In this document: in pieces, positions 1 to 13,235 of the stretch
Layout of the letters: each line of letters starts with the position of its first letter
Position numbering within the stretch: the stretch's first letter is position 1
From: Octopus sinensis
Taxonomy: Eukaryota
Length of the DNA: 64,000 nucleotides
Assembly: GCF_006345805.1 (NCBI RefSeq)
Contig: NC_043005.1
Location: forward strand, 43,896,001 to 43,960,000
Direction: 5' to 3'
Notes under the pieces: generated by a model
Told to the model about the DNA's origin: nothing
The model's input: only the letters and a program-made list of their open reading frames with translations
Database searches by the model: none
Program-made: the position numbers and the translations under genes

Positions 1-513
1 AAGGTATTCAGCTTCAAGTACTCTCATCTTTCGTACTCCTTCTGGGGAGTATGATCCTCTATTTTCTTAGCCCTTTAGTATTTAAGCCAGCCATATCGAG
101 CCCAAATATTCTACTTGTTTTATGCTCAAACTGGCCAGATTTGGTCTCTTATATCTACCCTGCAATGTCATTCTAATAGTATTCGATCACATCATCAAAA
201 TCTCAGAGCCATGAGGAAAAGTATACTTAATTCAAAATATTGTGAATAAACAAGTATTATATTTGACAATAATCTGAATGCTAATTAGTTAGGTGAGGCA
301 AAGATCAGTGCTGAAACGAGTGAAGAACTCCAAAGACAACTAATTATTAATAAAAAGAATAATCTAGCGCTGTCATGGGCAGACTGTGGGTCACATATGG
401 CCCACTGGACTTACTGAATGGCATGCCTAATGAAAAATTACCTTGAATGTTTTTTAGTAGTGCAGCCACTTGATGTTGAGTTGCATCTCCTGCATCCGCA
501 TCTCAAAACATGT

Positions 514-571
<58 letters not shown>

Positions 572-578
572 AACAACA

Positions 579-672
579 TATAAACAAGGGCAATAGAAAA
601 ATTATTTCAATGCCAATATGCTGAGAACAGCATATTCTCAGCGAAATAATCTTTCTATTGCCCTTGTTTATA
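579..672. repeat. Short fold-back (inverted repeat) hairpin, ~94 nt
   Basis: TATAAACAAGGGCAATAGAAAAATTATTTC pairs with GAAATAATCTTTCTATTGCCCTTGTTTATA (1 mismatch); inner stem AATATGCTG-AGAA-CAGCATATT. Confidence 0.75.
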
Positions 673-746
673 ATTTTAAACTTTATAGGTATTTTAATAT
701 GCTGCCAGGTTTGATGAAATTTTTTCTGAAAAAAATTTTTTATCCT

Positions 747-785
<39 letters not shown>

Positions 786-1658
786 TATATATATATATAT
801 ATATATATATTTTGTTTGTTTTCTCATGGTCATTAAAAGAAGGGGAGACAAATATGAAGTAATTTTCTTATGACATTATAATTGGTTGTTATTTATCTTC
901 AGGGCAGCTTTGATTGAAGAGATGAATGATCAAGGGAATTTTAACCAAGACCACCTAGCTTTTTGGGGGTTTTTTAAAAAAAATTTTCGTGTTCCACTGT
1001 GTGACACTTTGGGCAAGTATCTTCAACAGCTGCAGATCGACCAAAAGCTTATCAGTGGATTCAGTAGACAGAAATTGAAAGAAGCTCATCATATGTATGT
1101 GCGTGTCTGTTTGTTCACCACCACCACTATTTGGCAACCAGTGTTGGTGTATTTATGTCCTCATAACTTTGCATTTCACCAAAAGAAACCAATAAATTAA
1201 GTACCAATGCTTAAAAATAAATAAATACTGGGCTCGATATATTCGACTAAAAATTCTTCAAGGCAGTGCCCCAGCATGGCTGCAGTCTAATGATTGAAAC
1301 AAGTAAAAGATGAAAGATATCTAGGACTACATTGTCCAATGTAGTTGAACAATATGGCCCTGAAAGGTTAGGATGTGATTTAAACAAGATGTAGCTGCTA
1401 TATCTAATTGGTTGAGCAATGCACAGAAGCTCCCTTGTTGAAGTACTGATATTGTGTTTAGTATTACTAATCTGTACACTCTCAACCACTTCTTAGAATA
1501 TTTCCTGAGATCATCTATTTGTTATGACAACATTAATTTTCGTTGCACATTATGAAATGTGCCATAGGAAATATACAATAGTCATGTTACTTTGCAAGAA
1601 TTTTAACATTTACACAACTTAAATTTTCTTTTTCTCATCTTTTTTTTCTTCTTTATAG

Positions 1659-1673
1659 CGAAAGTGTTGTTGA
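1659..1673 (+). CDS. Candidate short terminal coding exon of a gene whose body lies upstream of the window (RKCC* in phase 0; ESVVE* in phase 2, stop at 1675-1677)
   Basis: Long pyrimidine tract TTTTCTTTTTCTCATCTTTTTTTTCTTCTTTATAG ends at 1658; early stops in two frames; followed by ~1.8 kb of repeat-free, U-rich, 3'UTR-like sequence. Confidence 0.4.
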   Translation, partial: RKCC

Positions 1674-3553
1674 ATAAAAAGATACCTAAATTGTTAAAAA
1701 AAAAAGATATTACATTTACATCAGTTGTGTTTTGATAATAGCCTTCAGTACTTATAAAATGTCATTAACGAATTCATCGTCTCTTGCACTTCTCCACCTT
1801 TTCTGGCAGCAATTATGGTATCGCAGAGTTAAATTGGTGACTATGATTGTCATATTTTTAAAGATTTATCCAAATACAAAACTAGTTGATATAATATTGC
1901 TAAACCAAAGAATGGTACACAATCCTTGCCCCAGATATTTTGATTTTTATCTTGTCTGATACAATTTATGTATCTGTGATATTTTAGACTGTAGATTGTG
2001 ATATTTAAGACTGATATTTAGAAGTGAAATATTTCAGAACATTTCTGTAGAAATAAATCATAATACACAATTTATCTCTATATATCACTATTGTATCCTC
2101 CACCTCTTACAGATTGCTTTGGGTAGTTTTCTTTTTTTTTAACAGCCTATTTAATCTTGTTTTGTTTTGTTTTTTAACTATATATTCTCAATCTGTTTAG
2201 TTTCTTTTGTGTATAGAAGTTGGATTGGTGTTGAAATGTACAGGATTATTCTCTCTTTTCTTTCCCCTGCCTCTCTCTCTCCCACGCACATACACCCTTA
2301 CATAGAATTTTATTTTTGTTCAATGCATCTATGGGTTTATTGGTTTTTATTTGCAAATTTGGATATTTACAAAAAGCAAAACTTTTTTTACAGTTAGATG
2401 CTCTCCCCACTGTTGACTATTCAACCTTGTAGAAGTAAAACTAACTGTTAGTGACACAAGTGTTAGTAAATAATGTTCCTTACTTAGAGTACAACTGTAG
2501 TACAGTTCGAACTATTTTAAAGCAATGCCATATAATGGTACCTTCACATAGATATGGTTAAAGTTGATGTATGCTTTTTGTCAAATAGTCTATGAAACTA
2601 CCGATACTTTTAAGCTGGTACCCTACACCTTAGAGCCATTTCACTTCCTGGGACCCCGAGCTTTTCGTCAGTATTTTGCTAGCCCTTATATTTGAATCCA
2701 TTCAGGTCTGGAAGTAGAATCTGCTTTTACTAGTTTTCTTCTTCCTCACAAGACTAAAGAACATGGGATTGTTCACATGCTTTTGATGCAATACTTATAA
2801 ATTATATGTTACTCAAAAATTACAATTACTGTGTTGTGAATATTTTATTTACAATTCTCCATAAAATTTAGACATCCCTCCTCCCCCTCTCTCTCTAAAC
2901 CAAAACAATGTAAGTTATAAGAAATACTATAACTTGATGATTTGTACATTCACTTTTGTAAAACTTTTATCTAGATTAGACAGTGCCTCATGTAAACTAT
3001 ATTTATATGCGTATATATGTATATATAATAATAATAGTCCTGCTTTGTCCTTGAAAAATAACATAGTAAACTCTGATTGCTTAAGTATCATTTGCCATAG
3101 CACTTAATATTTTTTGCATCTGAGCCACTATTTTCTGAAGAACTTGTAATCGTGTTGAGCTCTAAAATCTGTCTAATTTCTAATGCTCCCCAGCTGTTTA
3201 CTTAAAAAAAGTTATTGTTCAGATCATGTCTTAGTGAGCATTTCTGTCTCACTGATATTTCCTTTATTATATTCTATAAACTGTTCCTCTAGTGGTCAGT
3301 GTTTCTATGTCCTTGAAGATACTTAATCACAATGGCAGTTTGATTTACCCTTAAAGACAGTGTAATAATTTGAAATATTTTACCTTTAAAAGAAACATAG
3401 AAAACTTGGTGCTTGTTATTTCCATGCACTGCCTTTGTTCAGTATCTTACAATCTGTTTTCTTTTTTATCATGAAATAACAAATCTATTTTATTCTTTAC
3501 TCAGCTTATACCATTTTATCTCAGCTATTTTTTGTACTTCATTATCTAAGCAG

Positions 3554-3920
3554 TTAACCCTTTAGCATTCAGATTACTCTGTCAAGTGTAATGCTTTATT
3601 TATTTGCATTTTTGTTTTTGAAGCCTAATCTATTATCATGTAGTTTTGGGATTTCAAAGATGTGATTGTCTGTTTTTAAAATGACATCATAGTTTAGGTG
3701 TGAGAGGCTGGATCTGGCTAGCTTGCACAAAAAATAGTAAAATACAATCATGGTCAAAAGTTTGGAACATAGGTCTGAAAATTAGAATTTATATATTAAA
3801 TGCCCAAAGTTATATTTAGTCGGAGCATATATTTAATTTTAAAAAATATATTTAATCTTTTAAGAAATGATCCCAACTTTTATGGTCATGACTGTATATA
3901 GGCTGGATATGAGTGGTTAA
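3554..3920. mobile_element. piggyBac-type non-autonomous MITE with a nested Tc1-like MITE (3745-3894)
   Basis: Starts TTAA-CCCTTTAGCATTCAG; same family at ~67-290, ~31139-31360 and 49202-49424; inner element TA-CAATCATGGTCAAAAG ... TTTTATGGTCATGACTG-TA. Confidence 0.6.
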
Positions 3921-4119
3921 CCCTTTTTGATACCAACCTGCCTAAAACCACCTTGGTGCTTTGATACAAAATTTATGATTTGAAGTGATTTAAATTAAAA
4001 ACTTGCATCAGAGTGTTGAGTTATGTTCCAAACATGCTTAATAATGGACCAAGATATTTTTATAAATTCCTTGTTATTTTAAAACTTTAACCAAAACAAA
4101 GGCAGTGTATTTCGATAGA

Positions 4120-4493
4120 TGTAGTGGCCCAGTGGTTAGGACAGAAGACTCACGGTCATAGGATCACAGTTTCAATTCCCAGACCGGGCATTGTGAGTGT
4201 TTATTGAGTGATAACATTTAAAGCTCCACGAGGCTTCTGTAGGGGCTGGTGGCGAACCCTGCTGTACCCTTTCACCACAACTTTCTCTCAATCTTTCTTC
4301 CTGTTTCTGTTGTACCTGTATTTCAAAGAGCCAGCTTTGTCACACTCTGCGTGATGCTGAATCTCCCCGAGAACTACATTAAAAGTACATGTGTCTGTGG
4401 AGTGCTCAGCCACTTGCATGTTAATTTCATGAGCCGGCTATTCTGTTGATTGGATCAACTGGAACTCTCATTATCATAACCATCGGAGTGCCG
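4120..4493 (+). mobile_element. tRNA-derived SINE nested in a second piggyBac-type MITE (~3917-4530)
   Basis: A-box TGGCCCAGTGGTTAGG and B-box-like GTTTCAATTCCC; 3' part shared with the SINE at 30113-30548. Confidence 0.6.
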
Positions 4494-7120
4494 ATTTCTA
4501 TAGAAATATGGTAAGAAAAAAATTAAAGGTTAAAGAGTTAATCAAAGAGTAATATGAATGTTGTGTGTAGCACCCATTACACTCTTGGAGTGGTTGGCAT
4601 TAGGAAGGGCATCCAGCCATAGAAAGTATGCCAAATCAGGTTAGATTGTAGTACAGCTTACCATCCCTGGTCAAATTGTCCAACCCATGCCAGCATGGAC
4701 AACGGATATTAAATAATGATGATTGATGGTTAAATAGCCAGTGATGGGGTATTTTTAATGAAACACAGATTAATTAAAGGTGTTATTTACTGCAACAGAT
4801 ATAAGTACTTGTACTGAAATGAGGCAATGAGAGAATCTTTTACTTCTTTTGTTTTAGTTGTTAGACTATGGTCATGCTAGGGTGTTGCCAATGTCAAATA
4901 AATTGTGTCCAGTACTTTATTTTTTTTTTTTAAGCCTGGTACTTATTCTATGGGTCTCTTTTGCTGAACAGCTAAGTTGTGAGACATAGACATACCAGCA
5001 CCAGTTGTCAAGTGGTGTGGTGGTGAGGTGTGCAAGCATTGACACACACACACACATGCACACACATATATTCGACAGGTTTCTTTCAGTTTCTGTGTAC
5101 CGAATCCACTCACAAGGCTTTGGTCGGCCTGAGGCTATAGTAGAACAAACCTGCCCATGGTGCCGCATAGAGGGACTGAACCTGGAACCATGTGGTTGGG
5201 ATGCAGACTTCTGACCACACAGCTACAAACATTTAAAAAAAGAACCAAAACAAAATATACATGTGCATCAGTATCTGTATGTGTTTCTACAGACACACAC
5301 TGATTCATGTTGTTGCATGGTATGAAGGTGATTGCAAATGACTACAACAGTGCTAGAATAGACCCAGCCACCTGTGCAAGCATGATGAAATAGGCATTCA
5401 AATAAGAATAATGATAATAATTGGGATATATAATATGTATTTTCACCTAAACCTATTGCCCATTTTGCACTTGCTAATCTTCTACTTGCTACCCTTATCT
5501 ATTTGATATACCATCTCATCTCTCCTGCCAGCCATGTAAGAATTGAAAATATTTAGATATTTCCTAAATATTAATTGCTAGCAAGAGCACGGTATTTCGC
5601 TTTGCTTCGATAGAATGTTATCAAGTATATTAAAGCCTTACTTTTGTGTTAGCAGTGCAATGTTCTCACTTTTAAGTTTATTTCTACAGATTTTTTATAG
5701 AATTCAGAGCTAGCACCGAATGTGCAAATATGTTTATGTAAACAATACGATGAAAGACAGAAAAAAAAAAAAAGGTGATTGGCGTATATGCATAGCTCGA
5801 GAGTTATTGCTCTTTCATCAGCACCCATATCCAACCCACATTGTAACTTTCAGAAGAGATAAATTTATGAATTAGATATTTCCATACTCAATCTCACCAT
5901 TATCATTTTTTATCTCTGTACCTCCATCTACCATTATGATACCTGAGTAACAAGGGGTTTCATAGAATCTGCTGCGATCTTATACACCTTGCATTTACCT
6001 TCTTTTACTGCTAGCCACCACGCCTTCTCCCTCGGATCTCTCTATTACCATTTATCATTCTCTTGTCACTCTCCTTCTTTCTCTTACCAATTAACATCAC
6101 CCTTCTAGGCTGCCTGTTACCATTTCCCCTCTCATTTGTGCCTCTTTATTGACTTCTTGTCATCCACCCATTTCCACAACTATATATGTGTGTACCTCTC
6201 TGTCTGTCTGTCTGTCTCTGTCTCTCTGTCATAAACAAGTAGCAACCATAGTATATCTCTCCCATTAATTACCTTTTGCCATTACTGTTTCTCTTCTATT
6301 ACACCTTGCTCTTTTTCTTCCATTTCTCAGTCCCTTCCACACTGTCACCCCATTTATCTTGTTTCCTTACCATACTCTGGCTTCTTTCTCTCTGTCACCC
6401 TATTATTCTGTAATCTCCTTCTCATGTACCGATTTTATGGTCACATTGCCTTCAATGAATGGAGACAATTTAGAGTAGTAAGAGTTTTTTGTTTCACATT
6501 TGGGTTGCTTTTTTTTTTTTCGGTATTGAGCAAGGCAACCTCACTAATGCTGGTGTCACTATAAAATGCACCCTGTAAGCTCTGTAGGGTGTCAGTGAAC
6601 AAGCAGAAGTGTTGGGGCAAGAGGGCCCTCTTATTATTTTTTTTTTTTGTCCTGTTGAAGACATGAAAATTCTGGATGCCAATAAAATGTACCCAGCACT
6701 CTCAGTAAAGTGATTGGAGTTAGGGGCAGCATTTAGCTGCAGACTCTATTATATCAAAAACAGAATGTAGATGTCTCTCAGCCTGTCTCAGGGGTCAGTT
6801 ACTCTGATTTAATACTAACTGAAATAAATGACCTATCCAACTCATGCCAGCATAGAAAATGTACGTAAAATACCAATGGTGATATATATATATATATATA
6901 TATGTATGTATATATATATATGTATGTATGTATATATATATATGTATGTATATATATATATATGTATGTATGTATGTATGAATGTATACACATACACACA
7001 TATATATTAATTGACCTACAAATGTAATTGCACTTTAAAAACATGAAATGAAACCCCATTTGTGCAGAAAAATTGACCTTTCTGAACTAATGATGCTGTT
7101 TTATTTGTATTGTATATATA

Positions 7121-7158
<38 letters not shown>

Positions 7159-7668
7159 GTATATATATTCTTGTATTATTAATTTGGTATTTAATCTCTG
7201 CTGTATTCTATTTCCTCTCACTTCTTCACAAATGCTGGCTTGCAGATAAACAATGTGACCTACTTTTCTAATGTCTATCAATCCTGATGTCTTCCAGCAG
7301 AATTGATTCTTTTTCTTTTTCTTTGTTTTTTTTTTCTCCCCCCCCCCTTCCCCATTTCTTCCTTGTCCACTCCTTTCTCTTGCTTTCTCCATCTCTTTTT
7401 GCTTTCTAACCCTGCATTTTCCATGCTTCTTCAAGCAGAGTATATCCTAGATTGTCTTACAAATTTATTACTGCTAATATTCATTTGAGCATTGCAGCTT
7501 TCATTGCTTCTTCAGAGATTTCTTTTGTTTTGTCTTTAATTTTTTTTTTCTTTCTTGGTTGTTGTGAATCTGCATTAGGTTATTACTTATTTATTTTTGT
7601 TTTGCTCATCATTTCTTAATAGCCCGTGGTATTTGGAGTTCAGTTAATTTTTTTTTTTCATTTTACAG

Positions 7669-7674
7669 TGCAAG
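7669..7674 (+). CDS. Candidate 6-nt microexon (TGCAAG)
   Basis: TTAATTTTTTTTTTTCATTTTACAG|TGCAAG|GTAATT: strong acceptor and donor 6 nt apart, frame-preserving, in repeat-free sequence. Confidence 0.5.
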
Positions 7675-7854
7675 GTAATTAATTCTTGAGAAATAATTTT
7701 ACAATACTTCTAGCTCATATTTGTTAGAAGACATTCATTAGTCTGCATTATCAAATACTCTTGTTATTATATTCTGTATTTTTCATTTTATTTTAATGTC
7801 TAGCCACCTTTGTCGATCTGGTTATGTCCATAATGCCTATTAAAATTTTTGTTT

Positions 7855-8243
7855 AGGCGTGGCTGTGTGGTAAGAAGCTTATTTCCCAACTGTATGGTTT
7901 TGGGATCAGTCCCACTGCATGGTGCCTTGGGCAAGTATCTTCTACTATAGCTTCGGGCCATCCAAAGCCTTGAGTGGATTTGGTAGAGAGAAACTGAAAG
8001 AAGCCCATCATATATGTGTGTGAGTGTGTATGTATTTATGTGTGTTTTTGTGTCTGTGTTTGTCCTCCACCATTGCTTTGTAACTGATGTTGGCGTGTTT
8101 ACATCCCTGTAACTTAGCAGTTTGGCAAAAGAAATTGCTAGAATAAGTACGAGGTTTACAAAGAATAAGTTCTGGGTCAATTTCTTCGAATAAAAATCTC
8201 TTTAAGGTAGTGCCACAGTCAAATGAATGAAACAAGTAAAAGA
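7855..8243 (+). mobile_element. Major Octopus-type tRNA-derived SINE (family A)
   Basis: GTGGCTGTGTGGTAAG...GGATCAGTCCCACTGC...CCTTGGGCAAGT..., internal (TG)n, tail GAAACAAGTAAAAGA; about 20 copies in the window on both strands. Confidence 0.8.
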
Positions 8244-8640
8244 CTATCTTCATAAACAATATAGGTTCCAAATTTTGGTACAAGACCAGTAACTGCAGAG
8301 GAGGGAATAAATCAATTACATCACCCCCCCCAGCTCTCTATTGGTACTTAATTTATTGAATCCAAATCCAAAAGGATGAAAGGCTAAGTTGACTTTGACA
8401 GAGTTTGAACTGAGAACAGAGATAGACAAAATGCCGCTAAACATTTTTCCCAGCCTGCTAACAATTCTGCCAGTTCACTGCCTTACAGACTGTTACCATT
8501 TATGTCTCAGTTTTAGAACTGATATGCTATAGCCCAGCATGCTGTAGAAGGTGACTAGGCAGTTGATTACAAGAACGGCATCTGGCTCTAAAACATTGCC
8601 TCAGAAAAATTTTCCATTGCAGGCTACTGCTCCTGCCGCC

Positions 8641-8680
<40 letters not shown>

Positions 8681-9935
8681 GTGTATCTTACCTATTTAGT
8701 ATGTGTGTTATAAACTATGTGTTAGTAGGAAGTAAGCATATATGTGTTAGTAGGATGTAGTTAGCATCGAGAGGAAACGGTCCAAAATATATTTTATGCA
8801 GTGCAGCAGCAGATACCGTGCTATTTGATTCACTGTGAAGTGGTAGATATTCAACTGAAAGCTCTTTATGTAAATATATGTTTCAAAATTTACAGCTGTA
8901 GCTGACCTATGTCATAATATATGTAACCAAAATGGTAGTTTCCAACTGAATATATTCATTATAAAGCCAATTGTCTTATTTATTTGATACTTGCCAGCAT
9001 TGATTACAAATATTCTTTTCATGTCAGTAAACTAAATAGCAATCTGAATATTTGCATGAATAATGTGAGCTAATATTCTCTGATTCGCTGCTATTCCTAA
9101 TGCTAACCACTGTGCTGTCTAGTAGTTTTTGGTACCTGTTACTCAGCTATCTAGATCGAGGAATGTTGGGAACTGTGCCACTGCACAATGCAGTTTGTGT
9201 TCTTTGGATAGGCATGCTTCAAATAATCGGCATTTGTGTGTCTGTTTATTATATGTATGTGCATATTTTGTTACATACTCATACATATATATAACACATA
9301 CACACGCGTGTGTGTATGTGTGTGTGTGTGTAATCAATTCGGTCACAGAAAGGTTTCTTCCCTTGTCAGCATATGTATATACATTTGCGCTCTTCCTACA
9401 GCACAAGGAGTATTTTACTCTTATTTCTAGCAATGTAGGTGTCTCAGTACTCTTAGTCACATTTAGTGATGATTGAATTCTTCTTTATGGAATTATATTG
9501 AACCCAGCTGTTTATATTAATTTGATACACACACACACACACTCACTCACTCTTTTACTTATTTCAGTCATTTGACTGTGACCATGCTGGAGTACCATCT
9601 CAAAGGGTTTTCATTTGAATGAATCGACCCTGGGACTTATTTTTTAAGCCTAGTTCTTATTCTATCAGTCTCTTTTGCCAACCCACTACGTTACAGGGGT
9701 GTAAACACATCAACGCCAGTTGTCAAGCAGTGACATGGGAACAAAGACACATGCACACATATACATATACATACATAGGCGACAGGCTTCTTTCAATTAG
9801 AGTCTTCCAAATCCACTCGAAGCTTTGGTCAACCCGAGGCTATAGTAGAAGACACTCGCCCAAGGTTCCTTGCAATAGGATTGAACTTGGAACCATGTGG
9901 TTGGAAAACTAGCTTCTTACACAATCACACCTACA

Positions 9936-10295
9936 TCTCTCTATATATAAACGGCAGTTTGTCTGTGTGTCTGTTAGGTTGTACCCTCACCCTGACCACG
10001 GCTTTCAACCGATTCTGATGAAACTTGATACACACATAGCCCAATGTCATAATTCAAAACTAACTCTGCGAAAATTTTGAAAAGTTCCCCCAGTTCTGAA
10101 AAAAATCGATAAATTCGACATGGGGTCGAGAATCAGAAACACAAACCACAGACTGTCTAGGGGACGCAACTCGACCTTTATAACTAAAAAAAAAATTTAC
10201 CATCATTTTTTTCCCATTTTTTGGCTATAACTCTCTAAAAATGCTTTATAGTTATTTCCCTTACAAACCCGAGCAACGCCGGGCGATACTGCTAG
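9936..10295 (+). mobile_element. Non-autonomous Helitron
   Basis: Inserted between A and T with no TSD; 5' TC; 3' GC-rich hairpin CCCGAGCAACGCCGGG ~10 nt before the terminal CTAG (10292-10295). Confidence 0.8.
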
Positions 10296-10645
10296 TATAT
10301 ATATAAATGTCTTGAGTTCTAAATACACATACATATGTGTGTTTGTATATGTCTTTTCTTGATATACACAAATCAATCCACTATTTATTCTCTTACTTTA
10401 TTCTACAATGATAATAACAATAGTCCTTTCTGCTATAGACACAAGTCCTGAAATTTTTTTGAGGGTGGTGGTGGAGATCAATCGATTACATCAACTCTCG
10501 TGCATTACTGGTACTTAATTTATCAACCCTGAAAAGATGAAAAGTGCAGTTGACCCCAGCAGCATTTGAACTCAGAGTGTGAAGACCAATAAAATATTGC
10601 TAAGCATTTCACCCAGCATGCTAACAATTCTGCCAGCTCATTGCC

Positions 10646-10680
<35 letters not shown>

Positions 10681-11299
10681 TTATTTTGGTACAAGGTCAG
10701 CAATTTTAAAGGGAAGTTACATCAACTGGTACAAAGGGAAGTTACATCAATTGGTACATATTGTATCGATCCCCCCCCCCCCAAGGATGAAAGGTAGGGT
10801 TGACTTCAGTGGCATTTAAACTCAGAACTTAAGAGCTGATAAAAAAGGCTGCTCAACATTTCATCCTGGGTGCTAATGATTTTAGGTATGCAGCCAGCAG
10901 TTTTGTGGGCAGGGGAATTAGTTGATATAGTCAGCCCCAGTATTTGATAGGCACTTGGTCTTATCAGCACCAGAGAGACAAAAGCCAAGGTTGAATTCAG
11001 AACATAAAGTGATGGGACAAATATTTGCATGGCATTATAATACCTGACCCTTTAGTGATTTTGGCAGTCCACTTCCCTCTATAATCATTTCTGTAATGGC
11101 TGATATTTTGAGGGGATTGAGAGGAATTTTGAGAAGGTTTAGTCAGTTCCATTGACCTCAGTACTTAATTGATTCTTTATTTTATTGATTCCCAGCACCT
11201 TCCAGTAAAATGATAAGTTAATCCTGGCATGATTTGAACTCAGAATATAAAGGAATGGAATAAATGTTGCTACTCAGCTATTTTTCCAAAGCCTTAATA

Positions 11300-11539
11300 C
11301 AGTGGTTCTTCACCACTTTTTTTTCCTCTGGACTTCTTTGATTCCTGTTTTACTCTACGGGATCCCCATAGCTAGTTGATGTTTAAAAAAAATCTCATAT
11401 TTTTATAATTAGATAGTAGGAATTGTATAAAAACAAAAAATTGTTAAAATATTTTGCGGATCATAGAAGTATAACCAATATAATGCACATAAAATTTCAA
11501 CAACAAAATCTTCTTCGGACCCTGGTTGAGAACCCGCTG
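11300..11539. mobile_element. hAT-like MITE
   Basis: Imperfect TIRs CAGTGGTTCTTCACC ... GGTTGAGAACCCGCTG; related ends at ~28103 and 40256-40749. Confidence 0.55.
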
Positions 11540-11873
11540 TTCCAACGATTCCACAGAAGCCTCACCTGTAGGTTATGTGCTATACAATACAACTATCTCC
11601 TTCTAATGATAACTAGTCGAGACAGCTACTTGCAACTCGTTTTCTGTTCAGGTTCTTTCTCAATGGATTGACTGATTCTCAAAATGTAAAGTTCTTCCTA
11701 TTTAATTTGATAAAAATATTTATCAAGGTCATCACTGGTGGTAAGATTGAATTTTTGTTGCGGTTTCTTTTTTTTTTTATTTTCTTATTTGCAGCTATTG
11801 TTGTTGTTGTTGTTGTTATAAATAATCCTTTTTTTTAATTTTTATTCTCTCACTGTTGTAAATCACTTTTCTC

Positions 11874-11916
<43 letters not shown>

Positions 11917-12467
11917 ATGCTTCTCTTAGTTCAGTATGTTATAGTAGGAAAAGAAAGAAAAAAAACTAAAACATTATCAGCTGAGTTAGCTCTCTAATGG
12001 AATCCTAATTGTTTTTTTTTGTTTTTGTTCCTTTTCTTTCACCCCCCTCCTCTCTTCAGTATTGATTGCTAGTTGTTCTGCATATGGCTGTGATAGCCTC
12101 CTATACTTTCATAGTCAGTTTCTTTCTGCTAATGATAAAGAGGAAACATTTTACTACATTATTTATCATCAGTGGTTTCATTGACACTTCTTATTCACCA
12201 TTACGGTATAAAATATCCCACTTTTTTTTTTTTTACCCTAACCTATATGAGGGCCTAACTGCAATTAAAGAAACAGAATTTATTGTCTGGAATCTGAAAT
12301 CGGGACATCCAGTTTTGTTATTGTGATAGTGCTAATGATATGTGTCTGTATTCTTGCTGCATCGTTAAGAGAGCTGTATCATCTCCTTTGTCCATATAAT
12401 CTGCTAACTTGCTTTTCTGTGTTAAAGGTTCAATGGTGATGTATATGACATATCGAAAACAACATTC

Positions 12468-12474
12468 TACATTT

Positions 12475-12508
<34 letters not shown>

Positions 12509-13235
12509 CGTGCGTGCGTGCGTGTGTGTATGTATGTATTCTTTTATTTGTTTCAGTCATTTGACTGCGACTATGCTGGAACACTATCTTCAAGGGTTCA
12601 AGGGTTCTTTTTCTTTTAGTCGAACAAATCGACCCCAGGATTTATTCTTTGTAAGCCTGATACTTATTCTGTTGGTCTCTTTTGCCAAGCTGCTAAGTTA
12701 TGGGGACGTTAACACACCAAGGGATGTAGATGGGGGAGGGGGCAAACACTGACACAGAGACACACATATAGATACACAAACACACAAGCTTTTTACAGTT
12801 TCCATCTACCAAATCCCTCACAAGGTGCCACACAGTGGGACTGAACCCAGAACCATGTGGTTGGGTATCAATCTTCTTAGCACACAATTACACCTGCGCC
12901 TACATATATATATATAAATATAGTAGTATAGAAGTGGATGTGTGGCATGAAGCTTGCTTCCCTACCACATCATTCCAGGTTCAGTCCCTGTGTAGCACCT
13001 TGGGCAAGTGTCTTCTGCTATAGCCTCAGGTCAACCAATGTCTTGAGAGCAGATTTAATAGACAGAAAATGAAAATGTGTGTGTGTGTCTTTGTGACTGT
13101 CACCCCACACCAGTTTGACAACTGGTGCTGGTATGTAACTTAGCCGTTTGGCAAAAGGGACCGATAGAATAAGTACCAGGCTTTTTAAAAAAAAAGAAGA
13201 ATAATTGGGGCTGATTCATTTGGCTAAAATTCCTC
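12468..13235 (+). repeat. Donor copy of a ~760-bp dispersed duplication (two divergent family A SINEs)
   Basis: Matches 17730-18489 except for microsatellite lengths; the SINE continues past 13235 here. Confidence 0.9.

Noticed and set aside
10015-10030. CTGATGAAAC in the Helitron (also at ~29433)
   Set aside because: No stem II between the core boxes and no flanking stem I
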